DNA of 64,000 bases from Mustelus asterias (Eukaryota). Where the stretch lies: positions 3,224,001-3,288,000 of the forward strand of contig NC_135823.1 of the NCBI RefSeq assembly GCF_964213995.1, given 5' to 3'. A program made the position numbers and the translations under genes. The notes under the pieces were generated by a model. That model did no database searches, had not been told where the DNA came from, and was given only the letters and a program-made list of their open reading frames with translations. Numbering within the stretch: position 1 is the stretch's first letter; the number at the start of each line of letters is the position of its first letter. Of this stretch, positions 37,600 through 49,200 are shown piece by piece.

Positions 37600-40500
37600 G
37601 ATTAAAAGATTAAAATAGATACAAATTAGAGAAGAATGTAAAGCTAGCTATAAACATTAAAAAGAGTAAGGTTTGAAAAAAATCATCACAAAAATAGTTA
37701 ACACATTGAGTGTTCGTCTTATAGAAAGTGAGTCTTGTGAATTAGTAATGGCGATCAAGGATCTAACAGATGAATTGAACAAGTATTTTTCATCACTCTT
37801 CATAATCGAAGGTTCAAGGTCTGTGCTAGGTCATAGAAACCCAGAAATATAAAAAAGGAGGGATGAACTCAGCTCAAAGGCAGATCGTGCTTGCGAGCCT
37901 GGTAGAGTTCTTCGAAAATGTGACGAAACACATTGACGAAGGGAAAGTGGTAGATGTGGTTTATATGGATTTTAGCAAGGCGTTCGATAAGGTCCCCCAT
38001 GCGAGGCTTCGAGAAAAAGTGAGAGGGCATGGGATTCAAGGGGCTGCTGGGTTGCCCAAAGGAGGCAGAGAGTGGGTATAGATGCGAAGTTAATGCGGAA
38101 AAGTGCGAAGTGATTCACTTTGGAATGAGCAACAGGAATACAGAGTGCTGGGCTAATGGCAAGATACTTGGTAGTGTGGATGAACAGAGGGATCTGGGTG
38201 TCCATGTGCATAGATCCCTGAAAGTTGGCACCCAGGTTGATAGGGTTGTTAAGAAGGCTTTTAGCTTTTATTGGTAGAGGGATTGAGTTGCCAAGCCAGG
38301 AGGTCATGTTGCAACTGTACAAAACTCTGGTGCGGCTGCACTTGGAGTATTGCATACAGTTCTGGTCGCCGCATTATCGGAAGGATGTGGAAGTGTTGGA
38401 AAGGGTGCAGAGGAGATTTACCAGGATGTTGCCTGGTATGGTGGGAAAATCGTATGAGGAAAGGCTGAGGGGCTTGAGGTTGTTTTCGTTAGAGAGAAGA
38501 AAGTTAAGAGGTGACTTAATAGAGGCATACAAGATGATCAGAGGATTAGATAGGGTGGATAGTGAGAGCCCTTTTCCTCGGATGGTGATGGCTAACACGA
38601 GGGGACATAGCTTTAAATTGAGGGGTGATAGATAGGACAGATGTTAGAGGTGGGTTCTTTACTCAGAGAGTAGTAAGGGCGTGGAATGCCCTGCCTCCAG
38701 CAGTAGTGGACTCGTCAACATTAAGAGCATTCAAATGGTTATTGGATAAACATATGGATGATATTGGAATAGTGTAGGTTAGATGGGCTTTAGATTGGTT
38801 TCACTGCTCGGCGCAACATCGAGGGCCGAAGGGCCTGTACTGCGCTGTAATGTTCTATGTTCTATGTTCTAGGTGGGTATTTTTCTAAATGGAGGTCAGT
38901 CACCAGTGGTATGCCCCGGGGATCTGTTCTGGGACCCTTGCTGTTTGTCATTTTCATAAATGACCTGGATGAGGAAGTGCAGGGATGGGTTGGTCAGTTT
39001 GCCGACGACAAGAAGGTTGGTGGGGTTGTGCAGAGTCTGGAGGGATGTCAGAAGTTACAGAGGGACATAGATAGGATGGAAGGCTGGGCGGAGAAGTGGC
39101 AGATGGACTTCAACCCAGATAAATGCGTAGTGGTCCATTTTGGCAGGTCGAATGGGATGAAGGAGTACAATATAAAGGGAAAGACTTTTAGTACTGTAGA
39201 GGATCAGAAGGACCTTGGGGTCCGGGTCCATAGGACTCTACAATCGGCCCCGCAGGTGGAGGAGGTGGTTAAGAAGGCATATGGTGTGCTGGCCTTCATC
39301 AATCGAGGGATTGAGTTTAGGAGTCTGGGGATAATGATGCAGCTATATAAGACCCTCGTCTGACCCCACTTGGAGTACTGTGCTCAGTTGTGGTCGCCTC
39401 ATTACAAGTAGGATGTGGAAAAGATTAAAAGGGTGCAGAGGAGATTTACAAGGACGTTGCCTGGATTGAGTGGCATTTCTTATGAGGATAGGCTGAGGGA
39501 GCTCGGTCTTTTCTCCTTGGAGAGACGTAGGATGAGAGGAGACCTAATAGAGGTATACAAGGTGTTGAGAGGCATAGATCAGGTGGACTCTCAGAGGCTT
39601 TTTCCCAGGGTGGAAATGGCTGCTCCGAGAGGACACAGGTTTAAGGTGCTGGGGGGTAGGTGCAGGGGAAATGTTGGGGGGAAGTTTTTCCACAGAGGGT
39701 GGTGGGCGAGTGGAATCGGCTGCCGTCAGTGGTGGTGGAGGCACACTCAATAGGGTATTTTAAGAGACTCCTGGATGAGTACATGGGACTTAATAGGATG
39801 GAGGGTTATAGGTAGGCCTAAAAGGTAGGGATATGTTCGGCACAACTTGTGGGGACGAAGGGCCTGTTTTGTGCTGTAGTTTTTCTATGTTTCTATGTAA
39901 CTCATGAAAATTACATTCCGCAGAATATTGGTACTGAGTAAATTGTTGGAGTTCAGGTTGAGAAGTGCTCAAGACCTGATGGATTTCATTCTCACGTCTT
40001 AAAATTAGTTGCAAGTGATGCACTGATTTTAATTTTTCCAAATCTCCACAGATTCTGGAGGAGCCCTATTACATGGAATATAGCATATGTAACTCCTATA
40101 TTAAAAAATGGAGGGAGACCAAAACAAGAAAAATGCGAGTTAACTTACCATCTGTTATACAGAAAATGGTAGAAGATATTCGTAAATAAGTTATAGCATG
40201 TTGCTTTGATAAGTTGAACGAAATCAGACAGGAGCAACATGGTTTGTTGCAAGGGAAATCATATTCACCCACTTATTGTAGTTAAGTGAGGAATTAACGT
40301 GCTCTGGATGAAGGGGGACCAGCTGATGTACTGTACTTCGATTTCCAGAAGACTATTGAACCGTTTATTGCAGAAATTAAAAACTAAAGTTCTAACGGGA
40401 AGATATTGGCATGGATAGAACATTGGCCGGCTAACCGAAAGCAGAAACCAGGGATAACTCGGTCTTTTTCAGTTTGGAAATGTGCAAGTTTTGGTGTGCC

Positions 40501-41420
40501 ACAGGAATCAGTGATGAGATTTCATATGTGAATAATTTGGATGAAGGCATGAAGGATATTTGTCACATTTTACGATGATGCAGAGATGTGTTGGAAATTG
40601 TGAACAGATTATATGGAAGCTAAAAATATAGGCAGTTAAAGCACGGATCTGGCAACTGGAACATAATGTGGTGGAAATGTGTAATGTGAAATTGTTCATT
40701 CTGGAAGGATGAGTTAAAATGAAGCACGTTACCTAAACGGTCGGATATTGCAGACCACTGAAGTGCAGAGAATATCTGACTGCACTAGGGCATGGATCAA
40801 ACCAATGCTAATATGCTTTAACAGCAAGTAATTAGGGAAGCAAAAATAATGTTATCATGTATTGAGAGGAGAATTGTTTACAAAAGTATGCAGGTTATGC
40901 TTCAGCTAGCTAGGTTCCAGACAGACCACCATTGAAGTTTCGTGCACATTATTTATTGGCGATTGAAAATGCATTGAAAACGGTTCAAGGGTTCACTGGC
41001 CTAATGCCCACTTTATCTTATGAGTAAATGTTGGACTGGTTGGGCTCGAATCCACAAGAGTTTAGAAGGGTAAGAGCCTACTGCAGTGAAACTAATAATA
41101 TCCTTAAGGTTCTTGAGTGAGTATGTGTCGAAAGGATGATCCTTTCCTTCTGGCAATCTAGGTATAAGGATCGAAATTTAACATTAATGTGACGTTCCTT
41201 TAAAATTGAAATGAGGATTTTTTTTATTGTATCACATCATTGTGAGTATTTTGAACTCGCTTCCTGAAAATGGTTTGAAAGCCGAATCTTTTAAAATGTT
41301 AAATGCAGAGATAGATGTATTAATTTTAAGCAAGTTGGTAAGTTAGCTTTGTTAAGTGGGATGCAGAATTGAGGTTATTATCAGTTCAATCATGATCCTA
41401 TTCATGATGGAGCTGAGTCG
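37600..41420 (+). mobile_element. Three-level CR1 nest: old copy (37600-37870, 39899-41420) containing subfamily 1 (37874-38082, 38870-39898), which contains another 3' end (38083-38870)
   Basis: RT motifs in ORFs 37863..38081, 38225..38635, 38857..39363 and 39415..39753, with internal TTCTATG tails at ~38850 and ~39885. Confidence 0.78.
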
Positions 41421-43225
41421 AGAGTATACAAATCGATGTCATACCGGGTAAGAATGCAAACTGCCATGCCCAGAACTTGAATAAAAGTGAACCCACCATT
41501 ATTCACAATAGCACAATCCTTTTATCAGCAGCCCACTGGAATCGCACAATGTAATGTCCACTTGTGCAAAACACGGCAACAACACAGAAAATCTGTCACA
41601 TTCTGGAAGAAGGCAGCAATAGCATAAGGCATATGAGTGCACTAGATCCTCCAATTGCACTCCTCGCCGTGCAGCAACGTGATTTGCCAATTCATCCTGT
41701 TTCCTTGTTGTCGCTACCCCCCCCCCCCCCCGCCCCTCCTTTTGGGGAGCTGCCCCTTTTGCTTTGTCCTGACTTAATCTGGGTTTGTTTATTTGGTTTG
41801 ACCTAAAAAGAGGCCTTGTTGTCGCTAGGTCAAAATCCCGGAACTGTCACTCGAAAAACATTGTTGGATTATCCACACGCTGTGGACAAGAGTGGTCAAG
41901 AATGCAGCTCCTGATCGCCTTCCTCAGGGGAAATTAGGAATGGACAAGCGATAGTCACATCCGATAAATGAATCGATATTAATTAGTTGTCTTTTGCTTT
42001 TATAAAACGATAAAAAGTCAACGGGTACATGCTTTTTCTACCCTCTACTGCCCGGTTTATATCCTGTGATGTGCTTTGTCATTACAACATCAAGGAGATT
42101 TTCTCTTCCCATCATGTATTCAATCACCTCTGAGAAATATTTTAATGGAATCCTGACCGGCTCATTTGGGAAAAGTTGTCTATTTCACTGGAAATTTCGA
42201 CCACCAGAAAACGTCATTGCCGTTCAAACTAACAGATGACAGGCAAGGGATAATTCCCCCAATGTATTCCATGTTTACAATCGAGGTTTTATTGTGGTTT
42301 CGTTTTGAAAATCATGTCCACTGTTATTCTCCAGTGGAAAAACATTTTAATAGGTTACTTACGGGGAATGCAAGACGATCCTACCTCTGTTATTTGAAAT
42401 GCAGAAACTCACTCTCCAACAGTCAGTGGGTGCACGATCACCTTTCAGAATAAAAAAAACAGATCAAAGAGAGGCCGCGGGTTCTGGACTGTCTAAAAAG
42501 CTGATCAAATGATTGGTTTATAGGCTGTGTCGATACTTTCAAAAGTTAGACCACATTTGTTGAACGTGTTCATGATATTGACGAGAAACATACAAATTAA
42601 GCAGTAAAGGAATGGTATTCTAACGCTCATCAGTTTATATGTTTTTACCTTATTTGGCACAGATTTGAATCCTTAGAGGAACTGTGCACATATCCGGCCC
42701 TGATTGTGCAAACAATTGAAACACTGACAAAGTGCATACACAATAATTCAACATTGATCGCAGGGCTGAGATATACACACAAAAAAAAACAGGGACGAAC
42801 AGATTGGATCTCTACTAACTAAACAAGAGAATGCTGAGGGGCGACCTGATAAATGTATTAAAATGGATTAGCAGTGACAATTTGGGATAGCGACCCTTGA
42901 ATTAAAGTGTATTCAGCATACATCAATTCAGTTTTTATTCTGTCGCGTACTCTGAAATGCACCCATTCAACTTTATTTAGACATTCTGCTTCTGGCACAC
43001 TGTGACGTACAGAGGTTGACCACACTGTGCAAAATTCATGTTGCAATCACCGGGACAGGGCACACAGAAAGGTGTCACACTTTCCACAGCACAGCTCATC
43101 ATAGTTTCCATTGAATCTGAAAGGGCAGCAAGTCAATTGAACTGAGCTCAGGTCAGTCTGCGGCCACTCCAACTGCAGTAACAACTCAGTGAGAGCAACA
43201 ACAGGGGACACTCACCCGCGTGACT

Positions 43226-43274
43226 ATGGCCAAGCCATCGTTAACACTGATAATGATTTTCCAAGGGGTTTATG
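43226..43274 (+). CDS. Gene B exon 1, signal peptide (MAKPSLTLIMIFQGVY)
   Basis: actATGG start context, 49 bp, donor TAT G|GTAAGA (phase 1). Confidence 0.82.
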
Positions 43275-46200
43275 GTAAGACCTGGGCGACAATTTTCATT
43301 GAAAACATTTTAAATGGTAATCAGCCACGTTGAGATTTTGCCGAGCTGAAAAGCTGACTCAGTCATCAGGTGAAGTCGTTTGACCTGGTCATCTGACTTT
43401 ATTTTCTTTTCACGCCTGAAAAGCGAAATTGAAGAATAAACCTAACCAAAAATTATCATGGACAATAATGAGATTGTTATTATATTGAAGACGGAGATTT
43501 TTTTTTCTTAAAGCAGCTCCGTGATCATCCCCAGCATCCGTGTTTAGATAACAATAATCTCTCTATTTGCAGAATTATGTTCCTCTCTGTCTCAGAGTCC
43601 CTTCGCAATGACAGCTGAAGTCGGCCAGAAGGTAGAGTTATTCTGCCATTTAATTTACAAAGTGGAATTGGTGTCCAGCTTCGCTTGGTTCAAACAACAT
43701 GTGGGCGAAGGGCCGATGCCAATAGATACTACTTCCTGCACTGGGGATGATTGTAAGTTTATTTCTAAAAAAGGGAATCGGGAAAATGTATTGATTCTGG
43801 AAATGCGCAATATCCAAGTGAATGATTCGGGATCCTACTACTGTGCTCATGTAGCTAGCTATGCACCGCTCCAGAAGGCAGTGACACTGCTGGTTGGAGG
43901 TAAGAGAGCAAAGAAAATTAATTCGGATTGTGCACAGTATTATCATTGTGTGTAAATTATATCATTAACTCATTGTCCAAATCATTGTCCAGATAGTTCC
44001 ACCAACAAGTCGGCTGTGCTGGTATTTGTCCCTCCGGGTGAAGTGGATTTGAATGATGCCGTGCTCTTAGTGTGTATGGTCAGTGAAATCTCTTCCAACC
44101 AGATAGTTATTTTCTGGAATATTTCGGGCCTTGTCATTCATGGATGGAGCGATCCCGGGACAATGGAGGATGACGGGACATACAGCATCAGAAGTCACAT
44201 CATAGTGCCGAGCGAAACCTGGAGAAGTGGTGGTGTCTGTACTTGTATTGCTCAACTGGGGACTCCAGGGAAATATTGGACAAAAAGTGTGTCGTCCCCC
44301 AAAACAGCAGCGACTGGCACAGGTGAGTTTCAGGGATCGATTCTGGGACTTTTGTTGTTTGAAGTGCATATAAATGATTTGGAGGAACATGTAGCTGGTC
44401 TGAATAGTAGGTTCCCAGACGACACAAAAATGGTGGAGTTGCAGATAGTGAAGAGGATTATCAGAGGAGAGAGCGAGACATTGACCGGTTGGAGACTTGG
44501 GCAGAGAAATGGCAGATGGAGTTTAATCTGGACAAATGTGAGGTTATCATTTTGGAAGGTCCGATCCATGTAAGTATTATAGAGTATATAGTAGAACCCT
44601 TGGGATTATTGACATGCAGAGATATCTGACCGCACATGTCCAGTGATCACTGAAAGTGGCAGCGCAGATTGATAAGATAGTTAGGAAGGCATACATCATG
44701 CTTGACTTCATCAGTCGGGGCATTGAGTATAAGAATGGGCAGGTCATGCGGCAGCTGTACAGAAAGTTAGTTCGGCCTCATCTGGAACATCGTGTAGAAT
44801 TCTGGTCGCCATTCTACCAGAAGGATGTCGATGCTTTGGGGAGGGTGCAGAAGAAGTTTACCAGGATAGTGCCTGGCCTGGAAGGTATTAGCTTTGAGGA
44901 GAGGTTGGATGAACTCGGTTTGTTCTCACGATAAAGATGGAGGTTGAGTGGAGAACTGATAGTGGTTTGCAAGCTCATGAGCGGCATGGACATTGTGGAT
45001 AGTCAGATGCTCTATCCCATGATCGAAAAGTCAGGTCCGAGGTTTAAGGTTAATGGGGAAAAGGTTAGCGGAGAAGTGCGAGGCAAGTATTGTGCACAGA
45101 GGGTGCTAAGTGTCTGGAACGTGCTGCCTAGGAGGCAGTGGGAGGAGGTACGAAAGCGCTATTTAAGTGGCATCATGATGAATAAATGAATGGGATGGCG
45201 ATGGAAGCAGACACACTCCGTAAGTGCATACGGGTTTACTTTATGCTGGCATCATGATTGGCGTAGGCTTGCAGGGCCGAAGCGCCTGCTCCTGTGCTGT
45301 ACTCCTCTCTGTTCTTTGTCTTGTTCCACAAAGATGGTTGAAATTCAAGTTATTATCAGTTGGAGTAATGCAATAGAATATAAACACCTGAAGTCCTTTA
45401 ATTAAGCACAAGAGCTAGCCAACTAATATTTCTCCAGCGCCCTGTCATATATTCCTTCACTCAGAATATTTTTATGTTATTGGAAGTTGCTTTTGAATCA
45501 GCCTGCACACCTTCTTTCGGACAGTGGATTTTGGAACTGGGTTCTGCACATTCTACACTGGATGCGCTTTACACGCAGGCAATAAAGAAGAATAGAAGCT
45601 GTTTGTAACAACAGGCTTGTTTCCGAACACTGTCATTCATTTTTATTTTTAATTTCCAGAATCTAATTTCTCACGCTTAAAATTCTGCCTAAAATATGTT
45701 TGAAGTTCCGTTTTACTTTCTGGTATGTGCATTATTTTGGAACATTCCAATCAGGTTCTCACCTTCAAAGAAATTCGATACTGAGAGGTCCCAAGCTTAC
45801 TATTCGGAAAAACAATATTGAGGGGACTGGCTCTTTTTGTGCACAAATCATTGAATGGAGCAGGATGGTTACTAAAGAATACAGCATACCAAGCATTAGA
45901 AAAAGGAGCAGTGAGTTCAACAAGAAAGTAATGATCAACACTTACAGTACTTTGGGTTGTCTCAAATCAGGGCACAGCATGTTCTGAATAATATGAGGTC
46001 CTTGGAAACAGTGCAGATAAGAGTCACGAGAATGGCACGAAGAATGAGGAAATTACATTGTGTGCATTAGTTGGCGTACTGCAATGTTCGCTTTGGAGTT
46101 TGCAATGTTGTGAGAGTTTCGGAAGTGGGGCTTCCAGATGATGAGTGGTGCGGACATGGTAGACAGAGAGACACTATTTTTCACGATCGAAAGTTATGGA

Positions 46201-49200
46201 ACCAGAGGGCAGAAATCTTTTGGAATTAGCAGAGAAATAAACAGCAATATGATGAAGAAGCCTTCTGTAGTGATAATGTTCTTCATTTCGAATGCACTGC
46301 CTGAGGGTGAGGCAGTACAACGGCAGCTTTCAAAAGAGAATTGGCCAGTGATCTGAAAAGGAAGGACTTGCTCGTTGACGAGAAAAGGCAGGAGAGTGGG
46401 ACTAAGCGGGATATTCTTACAGAGAGAACAACACAATGGGCTGAATGGCCTGCTTTGTGCTGTAATCATTCCATGTTTCATTTTGTTGTTCGAGATGGGA
46501 AGGTAAAATGAAAGTGTTGCATAAAGATAAATGGACCCTGGATGTATGCTGAGTAATCGAGTCCAGAAATAAGGGGAGTTATTTTATGTTAAACAGTCAT
46601 GGACAAGTTTGCAGTGTGGTCAACAGTTCCGTGCACCGCTTTTTGGGGAAGAATGTGAAAGATGGAGAGAAGGTGCAGAGAGGAATTAACGCTATTGGAC
46701 AACTTCAGCCAATGTGGGGAGACTGGAGAAAATGGGATTGTAGTCCTTACAACAGTGAAGATTATGTGCTTAATATAATCGCGATATGGATTAAGCAAGA
46801 GAAAGAAGCGATGCCCAGTGGCAGGAGGTCAGTAACAAAAGAGACACAGATTGAAGAAAATTGGCAAACAAAAACAGGGATGATGAGGAGATTATTTGTT
46901 ACACGGTGAGTTTTGTGACCTGGAGCATGTCTGAAAGGGCGATGGGAGCATTTTTGATGATAAACTTCACAAGGGGACTTGCATAAATCCTCAAAGGGGA
47001 AAAGTGTACGAGACCATCCGGGAAATGCCACAAAGTGATGGAGGCTGGTTGGACGGATTTTTCAAGAAGCCGAGACCCGAAAAGTCAGTCTGTTTCAATC
47101 TGTGACTGTCTTTTCTAATAAGACATTCACACAATGCTTTCATCATTCAAACTGATGCAATCTGAACGAGAAACCATCCTGACAGAGCTGTCTGATATTT
47201 GATCTGAACTAGCAAACATTATGTCATTTATTCCAATCGTTGCTGTCTCATTTCATTATCATTTGAAATTTATTTCCGGTTTCACACCCGAGTTTCAGAC
47301 ACCAAAATTTAAATTGGAAAAGTTCACCAATTGTGATTCCAAGAAAATTGTTATCTGACTGTTGTGAGGTTCAATAGATTAAATTTAAATTAAGGATTCG
47401 AATGTTAGAATTTGGTGTTTGTAAAATTATTTTAAAAGAATGTAAAACGCTAAGGGGAAAGCATTGCATTAATCTGTTAATAGAAGGTGGCGATTTATTC
47501 TGTGCTTAGAAATTTAAAAAAACATGCAGGATCATATGGGGTCCCTGAATGAAACATTTTTATCGAAGGGCCAGGCACCAATGTTGCCAAAACAACAAAG
47601 AGGCTTTTGATTTTTTTTTAAATTCTGCCAAACACCCTTAATCATGCACTTGAAAACCAGCAACGCATTAGATTTAAATTTGATTGTTTTGGCAACGTGG
47701 CACTAATGCTATTGTAGGGGATGCCGCCATGTCATTGCAGGTATAAAAGAAGAGTCAATGGGACAAAAAGTGGAGAAAGCAACTCACATTTGCCTCATCC
47801 GTGTCTCAAGGGGAATCCTCATCTCGATAGAAAAGGCACCAAAGAGGACAAAGGTTTCAGACAGAAGAATCAATAGAGAAATCGGAGAATATTCTGGAAG
47901 ACGCCAAACCTGGGTGTAATCGAGAGAGTGATTAAATTCTATTTTTTTGTTAATAAGTGGGAATTGTATTCATATAAACAAAATTCCATTAGAATTGAGT
48001 TTTATTCGGTTCATTAATCGTTTAGTTAACCCGTTCACTGTTTGTTAGATTTTTAAAAATCGTTACTTGTTGACTTTCGAGAGTGTTAGGTATTTTGATT
48101 TATCCACTCAAAGTTGCTCAAGAGCAAATCGCAAAACTTCACACACACTTACAAAGATAATGAGGTAAGCTACTCCTCTTTGAGTGGTTTAGTATTAGTT
48201 CTCTGAGGGGGGGGGGGGGGGGCGGGGATCCACCTCCGTTTTATAACGTTGACCCAGGACAGTTTCTCAGTGTTTTCTCTCTGCAGGGTGGTGCAGTATG
48301 AAACATCCCATTGTCATAACTGTCCTCGTGATTCTGATTCTCCTCTTGGTCCTTCTGTCCATCTGGGTTTGCAAAAGCGACAGATCAGGTGAGAGTTAAT
48401 GTTTAGAACGACATTGGCGTTTTTGTTTGTTCTAATGTGATTCTCATCATGTTGTTTAATATTGCTAACTGCAGTTTATTCTTGCAGGAGGACGCAGCAA
48501 GGAAATACAGAATGAAAAGTGAGTAACATAACCATTTGCAAAGTGCGTCAAGAACACCCTTTCTGTATTTAACACTGTGAAATCCCGTTCAGCTTCAACA
48601 CTGATTCTAATGGTATGGTTTTGCATTCTCCCTGATATTTATGGACCAACACTAAAGCCATTGGAAAATACTGTTCTAAACCAATTCTGACATCTGGGTC
48701 AGGATGAGCAAGAGATCTTTATACATTTTGTCCTTATCCAGTATTAGGTTGGCAGAAACAACATCACGACGGGTGCGGAAAGAGCGGCAAACAGGTGAGT
48801 TGCTTTGAAATGTTGGCATAGATTAAACATCAAATGCGGGGAATTCAAAAATTGAAAAAGGCATTACCTGCCAGAAAAATACATTCTTCATTCAATCTCT
48901 TCGCTATTGGTCCCATTATGCCAACAATGTATCAGTGGGTCAGTGGAAGACATACATGGTGGGAAGGTTACTCCAGTGGAAATTGGTCTCCTTTCAGTAT
49001 TGCTTGACAAGTGGTGTATTGAGCTTATGAGCCTTCTTTGGATGTTTTTCCCATTGAAATGTGGGTACAATTGATGCAATGTGCCATTGGCACATTAAGT
49101 GATAGTTGGCTCCCGATGTCCATAATCATAGAATCCGTACAGTACAGAAGGAGGCCATTCGGCCCATCGGGTCTGCTGCGACAGCAATCCCACCCAGGCC

